Shown here piece by piece: positions 12,678-25,174 of a stretch of 64,000 bases of DNA (positions are counted from its first letter, which is position 1; each line of letters opens with the position of its first letter). Below the pieces are notes generated by a model. It saw only the letters and a list, made by a program, of their open reading frames with translations, ran no database searches and had not been told where the DNA came from. The position numbers were made by a program, and so were the translations under genes. The stretch comes from Amphiscolops sp. MND2022 (taxonomy: Eukaryota). The stretch covers positions 56,980,001 to 57,044,000 of the forward strand of contig OZ076409.1 of assembly GCA_964187785.1 (NCBI GenBank), written 5' to 3'.

Positions 12678-13244
12678 GGCAGCAAGACCTGCCGTCATCG
12701 GAAGTATTGGCCGTATCATTAAATGAAGTGCTGCAAGATGACGATACTACTATGGATGACACTGGCCATGAATGAAACAAGTACTGAACTTGGCTAATCA
12801 TACCAAACTAACCAAAAACGTATTACGCCTCAGCAGTTATCAAAACAATAAGTGCTATTTTAGTTAACAAAGTATTAACATGATTTTGCTAGTGTAACTA
12901 CCCGGTGGGTAGGTCCCAGCTTGGTGCCTGCCTAACTGCCAAAACAAGTGCAATTAAAGTCTTAGTAAAAACTTCTCCGCTCCTCTGGCTAAGTGTCGCA
13001 AAAGTGCAACCACCCTTAAAAGAACTTTTAAACTAGCTTGGAACGAATGGTAAGAGTTTTTAAAGAAACTGATTTTTATTGTCCCAGAATGATCAAAAAG
13101 TGCTAAAATGAAAAGTGCTAAGTCGAAATTTTGAAGTAGTAAGATCTAAGAGAAAAACTGAAAATCACGTTGCTAAAACCATTTGTAAGTAGTGATGCAT
13201 CCTTCTCCGTTTGCCGAGGACGACAAACAGTGGCCCGGGGAGGA

Positions 13245-13875
13245 TGTAACGTCCACCAGTCAGCACCAAATTTTCGATGAAAAATTCGATCAAGGACCAG
13301 AAAGTGTGCGAATCAAAATGGCCGACCTGGCAGGTCGTTGGAATCAAAAAGGAAGCAAAAAAAGAAGAGAAGAGACCCCCCACCCCGACCATAAAAAGAA
13401 GAAAAGACACTGACACGATGTGGAAGAATAAGAAAAATGCTCGGATTAGTGTCATCTCCCCAGAAAAGTGCGTTTTTAATACAAAAACGTTCTGAGATCC
13501 AGATATCCCACAGCGAAGAAGATGAAGAGAATCGCGAATTCAATAGAAACATGCCAGGAGTGCCAATCTTGATTAATTCTGATGTCATTAGTATTGATTT
13601 ACGGATTTATGATGATGTCAGATCTGCCAGAACCTTGTAATGGAGCATTTAGACGTTATTTTCTGAAATAGAATGCATTTCAGCTAGAACCCTGTTCTCG
13701 GACCTCGGGAGTGTGTAGGACCGCAGGAAGTCTTTAGGAACGTTTTTACATGCTTGTGGGACGTGTCCGGACTTTGAGTGTGCCGGCACGTCGCCACGGA
13801 GCTCTAATAAGAGGAGTCTCCACGGTGTTTTGGAATCCACAGTTCTGGTATGTGCGTTACTTGCTTGACGTTACA
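13245..13875 (+). repeat. 3' LTR of element 1 (631 bp)
   Basis: TG...CA ends with perfect 9-bp terminal inverted repeat TGTAACGTC/GACGTTACA, preceded by a PPT; shares sequence blocks with 55359-56074. Confidence 0.9.
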
Positions 13876-15633
13876 TGAAATTTCAGCCAAAAAATAATAA
13901 AACTATTTGATGCTCCATCAAAAACGAGAGTTTTCGTTCAATGTCCTCAAATGACATTTCAAGATGTCGCAATATCCGTCCTTTCGAACTTTTATCATTC
14001 ACCACATCAAAGGCCAGCAGAAAAGGGGCCAGATTTTTATAGAGGGTTGAAGTTGTCTTTTCGTGGAAGTCTTGTTCGAGTAATATCAAATCGTTTTTGA
14101 ACTAAAGATGATTGCTTGCTTTTGAAGTGTGTTGTGGTTTGAATTTACTTTTGCAAAACTTTTATATAAATCAAAGTCGTTCCCAATAATTTTGACAATT
14201 GCTTGATATAATCTTACTTCATCTTTTGTTTTTCACCGACGTAATTAATTTTTCCAACGTAATAAAAATTGCTTCAGATCGTCGGAGAGTTAAAATTCAT
14301 CTCCAAACAATGTTGTATTTCCGAACTTCTATGATTAGAAAAGGGTCAAAGAATCGTGTATCTTAGAGTGTGAAAAGTATGAAGGAAATTCCGAAACAGA
14401 AACCAAAAACTGTATACAGTTACTTTTCTGCGCCGGGTTTCTATGGTATTTCATTAGCATAAAACAAGCAGACGTATAACTGACTTTCAGCAGCAAAGTA
14501 ATTCTTTTCAATCATCACGGTGATCAGTAATTGGATTTTTTACACCTCAGTAATGACGAAATTCAATAATCAAGGCCTGCAGGCGTACGTTGATCGGAAA
14601 CGGTGGACTCTATTTCAGTCGAACCGTTCGTAAATTGAAAATGTCAGAATCCAAAGGAGATGAAAACTAGCAACACCAAAGTAAAAACATTTTGATTGCT
14701 CATTTGATAAATTCATTGAAAAAACCTACAAAAGAAATACTACCTTCGTCGGCTTCTTTTTAAACATGTAAGTTTGAAAAGAACATCCAGGAAGGATTAA
14801 TTTTTAATGGGAAATAAGACGCCTTGTTGTAAAAGCAATAAAACCGGGGATCTAAAGTTTGATAGCTTTGCGACTTCGGTGCTCTAGGGAAAAAACGCAC
14901 AGTAGAGGTGCGCGTCTGAATTGCTTAACCTTGAAAATAGAATTTGGGATCTAATAAAAAATATGAGTAAAAATTTGGCATCGAAGATTCGAAAATATAA
15001 TGCTTGTTCCAGCAATTTGTTTTTTAAACACTTCGGTGCCAGGAACCAAGGAAAAACTATAAATGACAGCTATCGTTCAAATCTGCTTAAAAAGGTTTCG
15101 TTATGAAACTTTTTGGCTCTGGATTTTTCCGAATGACACTACGATTCAACAAAAGATTCAACAATTTCTATTTGCTCTAAAAAAACTAGACAAATTCGTG
15201 AAAATTAGCTTTGACTTTTTGTTAAAATCAGCATATTTGAAATTCAACTGGTAATTTTTCACAATTAGATTAATTTCACGCAATTTTGAAAGAGAAGTCT
15301 CTTTTTATTTCGAGACAAAAACCCAATAGCTTTAGGAAGGGCTTTTTTCCGCTTATCTCAATAACCAGTAAATTGTAAGAGATTCTCGGGACGACCTTTG
15401 CTATGAGAAACGTTTTTAATTTATAGAAAGATATTTTTTATAACAGGACGCCTGCTGAGCAGCCAGAGTTTTTCCGGACCAACTTATTTTAGCCAAGACA
15501 AATTCTTGAGTATCGGGTGTAGCCAAAAACAACAAATTTGCGAAAACACAATGATTGAAGGTCAAAAATTCGCCACTTTTTAATTTACTTTTACGTGTAC
15601 TTGGAAAACAAGTTTCTCTTTACAAAAGATATG

Positions 15634-16542
15634 CTACTTTGCTATTTGCTTAGTTGTTAAATTCCTTTCCCTAAAATTTATAAAGAAGTAAATCAATTGC
15701 TTTACCCTAAACGGACGATAGGTTCTTATAGGTATCATACTATAAACCATATTAACTCTCAGTAATGCACAATCCAATACCGGTAATTACGTCATAGTCA
15801 AGACGAACAGTCTCGCTGAAAACGAGTAAAATGAAAAAATATGAGTACGTATTTAGCTATGGGGATCTGCTCAATTGGACGATCGCTCAGTTAGTCGACT
15901 GTGCAATTGATCGATTTTGCATGTATTCCTTTTTCAGTTCGCTCATAACTTGTAATGATTACATAATCGGAGTATGTCAGCGAAGCTGAAACAACCAATA
16001 ACATTTTAGAAGCAGCTCATAGTCTTCCAATTGACCAATCGGTTAGTTGAGCGGTCGTCTAATTGAGCTAGAACCTTAGCTATGACAGCGGAGCACAAGC
16101 GACCGAGTTATGACGTCATTTTCAGCGAGACTGTTCGTCTTGACTATGACGTAATTACCGATATTGGAATGTGCATTGCTGAGAATTATTATGCTTTGTA
16201 GTATGGTACTTATAAGACCCTATCGTCCATTTAGAGTAAAGCAATTGGTTTACTTTTTTAAATAAACTTTAGGGAAAAAAAATTTAACAACTAAGCAAAT
16301 AGAAAAGTGGGTCTAGCTCAATTAGACGACCGCTCAACTAACCGATTGATCAATTGGAAGACTATGAGCTGCTTCTAAAATATTACTAGTTGATTCAACT
16401 TCGCTGACATACTCCAATTATGTACCCATTAGATGTTATGAGCGAACTGAAAAAGGAATACACGCAAAACCGATCAATTGCACAGTCGTCTAACTGAGCG
16501 ATCGTCCAATTGAACAGTTCCCCATAGCTAAATACGTACTCA
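15634..16542. repeat. Interleaved inverted repeats A-B-A'-B'
   Basis: 15634-15822 is the reverse complement of 16119-16310; 15842-16072 is the reverse complement of 16312-16542. Confidence 0.9.
15861..16075. mobile_element. MITE with ~50-bp imperfect TIRs and 8-bp TSD (hAT-like)
   Basis: TTAGCTAT at 15853-15860 and 16076-16083; GCTCAATTGGACGATCGCTCA vs TGAGCGGTCGTCTAATTGAGC inverted ends. Confidence 0.6.
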
Positions 16543-17714
16543 AAGCTCATACCAATCGGCGCCAATGTCAACGAATGCATGAAAAGACTTTGCCTCGCCT
16601 GAAAATTCTCGGGAAATTAATTCTGCTGCGCAGAACCTGAACTGGTATTCAAATAGAAAATTGACGTCAATAATGAAAACAATGATAGCAAAAACAACAC
16701 ATGCTTGAGTTCTCCTCACAGAACTTTTCAGTCTGGTACTTTGAAGTACCACAGGGCCCTCACAGTGATAATAACCAAAACTATTCATAATACTTATCAT
16801 GAAAAGTTGATTATTTTTTTTTATTCAGATTCAAAATGAGTTTAGATCTTGAAGTGAAATGGCAAAACGGATCATACAAAACTGTTTGCATGCAATTTGA
16901 TATCACTGCAATCATTACAAATAGCTGCTCGTTGGAAACCTGCCACGATGAACGATTGGAATGGTTTAAGTCACAAAGTAAGTTACATTTGAATACTTTT
17001 CTTATTCTGTCAACCTAACCTCCTTACCACTCCGCCCCCGCTCTAATAAAAAAAACGAAACAGTTCAGGACTTCGATTAAAAAATGATTGTCCAGGTGAT
17101 CGAAGAAAACCTTGTGGGGGTGACCTGGAATAATGGCACAAAAGATATAATGCAATTGAAAAACTTGAACATGCTGAATAGGGATGACTGGTACGCTCAA
17201 ATGTGACATGGAGATGGGACAGAAAATGGAGTTGAATAGTTTTCAGCCCTGAAGAATTCGACAGAATAACGAACGAAAATGATGAATCATTCCGGCACCC
17301 AAGTAATTCGATTGGTACTTTTAGGACCCAAACATGAAATAACTGTGAGCCGAGTGGTACTTGAAAGACCCAAACAAAAAATCTAGAGATTGAATGATAG
17401 TTTCGGAACATTTTTGAATGTTGCATTATTCAGGCCCATTAAAACGTCTTTCCAATGGCCTTAAGCTAAAATACTGATAGTAATCCACGTCCGCAAAAAC
17501 TAGCGCTTTTCAAGTCGGTTGGGTCAAAAAAAGACCCGAACTTGTATCTCTTCATGAGTTAAAGAAAAAAATTTCTGAAAATTGTTTCTCAACTAACTAC
17601 TCAACGGCCAGTAAACCAAGTATCGTCAGCGGTTTTCTTTTTTTTTAGGAATAATCGTCCATTTCGGTTTAAAACGGTCGATAAATGAAAAAGCAATGAG
17701 GTTCCATATGCAAT

Positions 17715-17920
17715 TTCGCCTTTGCCGGATACTACCTCCCCACTGCAAGGTAAGGTACCATGATTGCAGCCAAGTGGTCGAGTTTTTGTCGACTTGCGTA
17801 AGTGATTTCGAAGTGACTTGTTCAAAGTCGCTAATGTCCCATTGCTTGCAGTGGCCCTCTTGAATTTTGCTTTCTCTGCTTGCCAATTGCTTTTTCTCTC
17901 ATGACCATACTAGCGAGCTA
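17715..17920 (-). mobile_element. Degenerate copy of CORE-like SINE
   Basis: Collinear similarity to 21075-21295 (GGATACTA.CTCCCCA, GGTACCAT, TTGCAGCCAAGTGGTC, AAGTGACTTG, TGACCATAC). Confidence 0.6.
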
Positions 17921-18740
17921 GTTCGCCAAACTTTTTTCAAACCCAACGAATTTGCGTTGAGACTGAAAAAATCAATCAATCCGCACCAACACCTGCTTCT
18001 TGCTCTTACCGCTGATCAACGGAATGGGATGGGAATGAAAAGGATCAAAAGAAACAAAATTGACTCTCTCAGTTAAATTAAGTTCTTTTTATCAGTTGAA
18101 ACTTTTGATTTCTCTCGAACAAGATAGTAGGTAGCTAAAATTTGATAGTTTCAAATATGTCAATGATTCTATTTTTGAAAAGATTCGGAAAATGGACGTA
18201 AATGGAAAAAAAATTTTGTTATCTCTTGCTTCATTTCCAAATTTTCTTCGGTAATAAGCATCCTAAGTAATCAATTTTTCTTATCGAATTCTCTTTATTA
18301 TAATCAAAGTCACAAATACATGCAACCATTAAACACCAATTGTGTGCGTAAAACGTACGGAAAATACCTTTTTTGCAGTTTTCGCTCTTTTTCGGTCATA
18401 CACTTGAAGTTTTGGTTTGAAAATGTGGCTGAAATTATGATTACTTAGTGTTTGAGCTCTTTGTCTTCTTATACCGACAAAAAATCAAAACTTGTAGGGA
18501 AATTGGATAGCACGGTCGAAACTGGAGAAAAGTTCGTTCTTTGAAAAAGATTTTTGGGCGTATTCGAACACGAAACATCATTTTTTTCTCCCAAAAAAGC
18601 CTTGAGTAACTAGTCTTTTCGTCGTTGATGTTTATGAATTTTCTGCTTCTCAGAAATAAAAAAAGAGCAACTAATCCGCCAAAAAAAATGATATTTTCAA
18701 TATTCTCCTTTTGAAATAATTTTGAGCCAATTTTTAAACA

Positions 18741-18940
18741 AACAACCCGGGCCCGGTTCAAGTCGGCGCCATATCTAAAGCTGAAAATTAGCAAAAGGAC
18801 TTCAAAATGTCAAAGTATTGGTGAATTTGGAAACTTTTATGAAAAAAAGTTTTTAAAAAGTCTCTGACGAAAAACCATTTAAACACTGACGAAAAGCCAT
18901 GATTATTGTCGCTCTTTTCAGGAAAAGCGCCGACTAAAAA
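18741..18940 (-). mobile_element. HINE/DINE-1-like non-autonomous Helentron copy (short)
   Basis: AACAA..AAGTCGGCGCCATATCT at one end, hairpin plus GCGCCGACTAAAAA at the other. Confidence 0.75.
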
Positions 18941-21074
18941 AATCAGAATGTTATAATTTATTGTTATATTAACGTTGCAAAATGTTGGAAATTCAGTGTT
19001 TCATGAGATTTCTTAGACATCTTGTTCTAGAATGTTCCGCTGATGGCGTATGTTTTACCATCCACTGCTTTGGAAAGTTCATCAAACGTTTTCCCGGTTC
19101 TTAAATATTTTTGTTTCAGCCAAAAATTGAACTACAAGCCTTGCGCTAAACTTTTTAGCACCTATTTTCGTTTCAATTATAACAAGATAAGCATGGAAAT
19201 TAACTCTGGAAAAAGTGAACTCTAAACAATCATGATAACAAAACAAAACAATTCGTCTGCAGTTCTACTGTTCTATCTCCATTTCCTTCTCCATGTCAAA
19301 TTCCAGCTGTAACAGATGGTCATGGATTGATACTGTTCGTTTGAATCCAGTTTTTCATTCAGTTTTCAAATTCGATCCAAGGATTTGTTTTTGGCTCGTT
19401 TTGAAAACCTCGACTTCAAATCGGATCCTTCATATCATTGAAAAAACACTCAATTGTTGACGAACAATTTTGTTGCAAAAATTTGCAAAAATGTCAGAAA
19501 TCAATAACATTAAAGCTGAGCAAACAACGAAATATGTTGAGCAAATTTTAAAAAATATTACTGACTGTAGTTCCCAAATGTTTTCAATGTTTCAGACTAA
19601 AAACATTTGAATAACTTTCAAGTTTGCAAAGTAAAAAGATTTTGGTTTCAAGATGTTGCAAAAGAAGACAAATTTGAATGCCAAGAGCAAAGTTTGGTTT
19701 TTGATCGAGGCTCATGAACAAATCAGTCAAATGCTAGAACCGTTTGGGCTTGTGCGGTCAAGCGAATTAGTGACAACGCAATGATCTGAACAATTGAAAT
19801 GTCAATATTAAGGGAACAGTTTGGTTCCTGGAAAATGTTTGAAACCCTCGGTTGTAAATAGAGGTCAACTACTCCATAACGACAAACCGAATTGAAGAAG
19901 TCACTTAGAGAGCGAGTTATTTACCATTTACCCACAAACTCGAGTTTTTAGACTGTCATTTTTTGTTATATATAGATATGATGATTCAGTATTGTTGTTG
20001 ATACGATAAATTGAGTAGAGAAATTGCATTGTATTTTGAATTAGACACCTCAGTGATGACTTTGATGGATAAAGGGCACTACTAATGACTATCACAGGAG
20101 TATGTTGTGGTGTGGAATTGATTAATTCTGGATGATTTGAGAGCACACTGAATGCGTCAACGCTGAGTGGGAATTTCAGAAATGACAGAAAGGAACGGAA
20201 ATTGCTGACATCAACTGACACAGCTTAGGATTTCCGAGACGACTGATGCAGTAATGGAGTTATGACGAACATCCCCAAAGCCTCCTTTTTCACAGATTAA
20301 TAAATGAATGTGTCGGAACCCAAAAAAAAATGAGCGACCAACAAAGAGAAAGAAAGTTCGACATGTTTTGTTTCAATTCAACAGAATAGTAACGAAAATG
20401 ATAGAAGAGGTAAGTGACAAGTTTTAAAAAAGGAAAATAATTTTGGGCATCACCAAAACTGTTCGGCAACTTCGATGCGTTACAATTGCATTCACGATTT
20501 ACAAGAAAATGAAATGAAGCACGAAACGAAAATGTAATTACTGTAATCGGGTCGTACGTTTCTTACCACGGGGCCAACTAACCTCTTTTATCACAAACGC
20601 GGATGCGGATGCGGAGGCACATTTTGGAGTATGTTCTTCGTCTTTTTTATTTTTAAAAATGCATTTTTAGATTTTATCCAACAAGCGCCATAGATCAACT
20701 TCATAGAATGTGTCACGAGAGAGAAAGCGCCCAGAGAAGAATGAAAGCTAAACTCTTCTCGGATTCGCTTCGGAGCTCAATAATTGTTTTTGACTGGGCC
20801 CAAAAAAATTCACTTCAGTGAAGTTCACACCTCACCACTTTCACACTTGTGCAAATTTTGAAGTTTTAACTGACGCTTTCATTCAATTGCGGACGGCGTC
20901 TACCAAATAAGAACTGTTTAAGAACATTGTTCAACCATGAAAACAGATGGCGAATATGACAAGTGAGTTTTCAAAACAGTCATCTTCATTAATTCTAGAA
21001 CTATCACCCTGATTGAGAGAGAGAAAGAGAGAAGTTAATTTCCCCATTACCGCGGGGTGGACGCCGAATAGGCA

Positions 21075-21360
21075 GTTCTGCTTTTCTAAGTCGGCGCCCT
21101 TTCGGATACTATCTCCCCATAGCAAGCTATGGTACCATATTTGCAGCCAAGTGGTCAAGTAATGGTGGACTTGAAGCTGTGGTTTCAAAGTGACTTGCTC
21201 AAGGTCACAAAGGTCTGACTGCTCACCGTTGCTCTTTTTGTTTTGCTTTTCTCCGCCAAATGCGTTATTTTTTGTCATTGACCATACCACTAAGCTAGGG
21301 ATGAAGGACTTGCTTAAGGACCAACAATGGTGAGTTGAGAGAGATTCGAACCTGATACCA
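21075..21360 (-). mobile_element. tRNA-derived SINE with CORE/MIR-like motif
   Basis: Pol III B-box GGTTCGAATC (minus strand, 21343-21352), then TGTGACCTTGAGCAAGTCACTT (21188-21209); A-box not clearly seen. Confidence 0.65.
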
Positions 21361-21425
21361 AATTTTTCAAAAGTTTTCTTTCAGGACTGAACAAAGCAGC
21401 GGTGAGAAGAATGATTATTTATAAC

Positions 21426-21893
21426 AACAAGCCGGGACCGGCATAAGTCGGCGCCATATCTAAGGCTCAAAAATAGCAAAAGGACATGAAAGTGTTAAAA
21501 AATTCTAAGTATCAAACTCACAAAAAGAGTATCAAACTCACGAAAACCCCAAACGACCGAACCGGCGCGCCAGGGGGGCCCTTTAGCATTTTTTCAACAT
21601 CCATTGTTGCAAAACATCAAAAAATTGAAGGGGCCCTTTGGGGAAAAAATTTTCAAAAAAAGTCTCACATTGCCGAAAAAACTGAGAGGGGTACCTTATA
21701 GTCTCTCCCGTTATTGTATGTTACGCGGAAAAAGAGGGAAAACCTTTTTGCGTTCAGTACGCTAGGCCAAATGATGCAATTTGGGACCATAAATTTTCGT
21801 AGATCTTTTAAGAACTATTTTGGTCAGTTCGTGTGGATTGAAAAAAAGTCACTATAATAGTCGCGTTTCACTTCATGAAGCGCCGACTGAAAA
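21426..21893 (-). mobile_element. HINE/DINE-1-like Helentron copy
   Basis: Same termini and sub-terminal inverted repeat AGTCGGCGC/GCGCCGACT as the other copies. Confidence 0.8.
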
Positions 21894-22962
21894 TTATTTC
21901 CTTAAGCTTCACTTTCATTTAGATTCGCAATTAATTTCATTCACCTCCAGTATCGCAATTAAAGGTATCATAAAACCTGGATAGTTAAAAGTTGGAATTG
22001 CTCAGGGTTTTCTTCATAATTGGTAAAACAACAACTGAAAGATTGGAAATGCGAGAAACTGCCAATCCATGCCTGGGGTGTTGAATCTAAAAACAGTCTC
22101 AATGATTTTCTATCGTAATTGGTTGAAGACTTCGATCATTACGAACCCACTGATGCGAGAAATTTCTATACAAATCTTCATAGAAAATAAACAAACACGA
22201 CTTTTCTAGGATTCGGATTTTTTTATTTTTTTTATTACAAAATCGTAAATACAAATACTTTATAGAAAAATAATAAATTGTATCGTTAAATGTTTGTACT
22301 AAAACTCAGCGTTCTATTTTTGAAGTTGTAACTTTCAAGACAAAAGTACAAATAATCATGATTATTTGCTGCATTTGCTGATGATTTTCTTGCAGGAAAA
22401 AGTGTTGTATTTCGAAAATAAAATGAATTTATGTATTTAAAACTGCTTTATTCCTTGTTATAGAAAGCAAAGCACCGAGGTAGAATGAATAGGGCGGCTA
22501 AAGAAATGTTGTTTACCAACAGTTTTGGTAGTAATCTATCATCCGAATAATCGGTTCGGTATACTTTCGCATTACGGACGGTTCGAATTTTTCCTTCATT
22601 GGGTACATTGACACGAGACCCTCTGAGCATCAGTATAGTTTCCATCCAACATATTTTTAAGGCTCGAGACTAGGCAATAAACTTATAACAACGAAACCGT
22701 TCGAAATGCGCACAAAATGCGTCTGAAATGTAAAAATTTTGCCTTTTCTGACCAATTTGAGGTTTTTAAGAACAAATTCTCTGTTTAAAAAATACCGAGG
22801 TGCAACATAGTTAATATTGACAAACAAAACAAAAGACATAAAAATGTGTAATATTTGAACAAAAATGGCTCTTTTATCAGAATTCATAGCTCATTTCCAT
22901 TAGGCATGGTATGGGTCATCTGTTATGAGGCTCTTGTTTTCGTGTTTGAATTATGTAGTCTA

Positions 22963-23466
22963 TTTTTAGTCGGTGCGTTTTCCTTTTAAGGAAAAATGCC
23001 CGACTATAGCAGTGACCTTTTTTTTTTCTTCAGACTACAATCCTCACACTGATCGGTCCACTTTTTACAATTCTGCGCAGAGCACCTGAGGCCAAGTCCG
23101 CCCAAGGCAAACGTACTCCAAAGGGTCCCCCCTTTCATTTTTTACTTTTTTTACTTTTTCAAGGAAACATACAAAACCGGACGTGCCCAAAGGGTCCCCC
23201 CTTTGGATTTTTTTCGGAACTGTGCGACTTTTTTTCGAAAATTTTTTAATGTCCCCAAAGGGTCCCCCCTTTGAGTTTTTGATATTTTGCAACGGAATGT
23301 TTGTTAATAAATCCAGAAGGGTCCCCCCTTTTACATTTTTCGGCACTATGCGACTTCTTTTGAAAGAAAATTTTTTTTTAAAAATTTCAATTTTTTTCCA
23401 AAAAAAGTGTTTTACGCTTTTTGAGCCTTAGATATGGCGCCGACTTTAGACGTTCTCGTCTTGTTT
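22963..23466 (+). mobile_element. HINE/DINE-1-like Helentron copy
   Basis: TTTTTAGTCGG..stem-loop..CCGACTA at the 5' end; GCGCCGACTTT-AGACGTTCTCGTCT-TGTTT at the 3' end; internal AAGGGTCCCCCC repeats. Confidence 0.85.
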
Positions 23467-24671
23467 ATCTTTGGAGTATAAAATTTGGCATGGAAACTCT
23501 GACTGTGATAGCTTTTTTTATAAAATTCAATCGACATTTACTGGTTTACTGGGTTTTATTCTTACTCGACCTTTACTGGATTAACCGTCATTAACGGTTT
23601 TAATTTCCCCTCTGAAAGTGACCAATATCCATCATCTCCGTATACAATGTTGCATACCAATCATTAGAACCTTCTCACAAGACGGGATCATCTGAAACCA
23701 GAACCCCGCTTAAGACTCAAAAAGCTGGAAGTCTCATTGAAATTCTCAGTAAGACGTTCAGGAAAATTTCATTACTTTCAGAGTGATGAAACATAGGCAC
23801 GACAGCATGTCGCGCTTGGCTTCAAGCAGAAACGTTCAAGGGTCTGCATGAGGTGCTACATTATGTGTATATTCCAGGCCCAAAACCATTTGAACTTATC
23901 TAGTCTCAGATCAGGAATTTTTGAGGAACTAAGAAAAGAAATTTTAAAAACTCCCAATATTTTTGGCAGAAAAACGAAAGCGTCATACTTGATGATGGAA
24001 ACTTGATGGCAAAAAGCTTACAACCTTGCCATACTGTCTAAGGGAGCATGGCTTCCCTATCTATTTTCAGTTCTTAGAAATATGAGCTAAAAATTGGAAA
24101 AAAGTCAGCTCAAAAAACAAAACTGAGAAAATTTTTGACGTCAGTTTTAGGGTAAAATGTAGCCTACGAAACTCTTGTACACTTTACGAAGTCCTGAACC
24201 ACTCAAAAAGATTTCGAAACTTCTTTGCAAAAAATCCGATAAAGTTATTTTTTGCAGCGAAAAGGCATCCTATGCGCAATTTTTACCAATAGTATGGTAC
24301 CCATATCTATTTTCGGTTTTGAGAAGTTTGAAAATTAGTCACATTTCACAAAATATACGACACAAAACTGCACTATATGGACATCTCGCGAAGCTCGAAG
24401 CCTCATAAATATCCGAAGGGGCGACCTGTGGCCTCGAAAAACACTTTCGCTCAATGAAAACATCAAAAAATACCCAAGCGGGCGGGGAAACGTTTTCGGG
24501 ACAGACGTGGAGATTTAGACTTGAAAAACGTTTTTTTGGAAGTTGAAGGTGGAAAATCTAATTGTGTTGGAAAAAAACATTCGCATACATTCTGTGGGGT
24601 CACGGAAAAAACAACAAAACCACAGTAAAATTCGAGTACATTTTTCAACAAAATGCGCTGACTTAAGAATC

Positions 24672-25174
24672 AACAAGACGGGAACGTCTCAAGTCGGCGC
24701 TATATCTAAGTCTCAAAAAGCGCAAAACATTTTTTTGGAAAAAACTTGAAATTTTCGAAAAAAATTTTTCTTTCGGAAAATGTCGCGTAGTGCCGAAAAA
24801 TGTAAAAGGGGGGACCCTTTTTGATTTATAAACACACATTCTGTTGCAAAATAACAAAAAACTCCAAGGGGGGACCCTTTGGGGACATTTAAAAAATTTC
24901 GAAAAAAAGTCGCACGGTGCCGAAAAAAATTCAAAGGGGGGACCCTGTAGTTCCGTCCGGTTTTGTATCTTACGTTAAAAATTGAGTACACGAAAGGGGG
25001 GACCCTTTGCAGTAACTCAGATATGATTCCGCTTGCCGGTGCAGTACTTTTAGTAGTTCTGTAAAAAGTGTCCACTACGCATAAATTCTGTGGTCTGACG
25101 AAAAAAAAAAGAAAAAAAAAACTTGCCACTGTAATAGTCGGGCTCATTTTCTTCTAAAATGCGCCGACTAAAAA
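24672..25174 (-). mobile_element. HINE/DINE-1-like Helentron copy
   Basis: Reverse-complement similarity to 22963-23466 over the full length. Confidence 0.85.

Larger units (their letters stand above)
1..13875 (+). mobile_element. Large Ty3/Gypsy LTR retrotransposon (5' end outside window) with extra cargo ORFs; mildly decayed copy
   Basis: Domain order gag(CCHC)-PR-RT-RH-INT; purine tract GGGGAGGA at 13237-13244 directly before a TGTAACGTC...GACGTTACA-bounded LTR; a few stops and frameshifts. Confidence 0.95.

Noticed and set aside
16836..17210. Fragments with a repeated V.W.NG motif
   Set aside because: Short, interrupted and not assignable to a family
17626..21290. Paralogous peptides containing TTWLQ.WY...WG.SIR as duplicated exons
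   Set aside because: Better explained as two SINE copies (B-box and CORE-like motif); no splice signals
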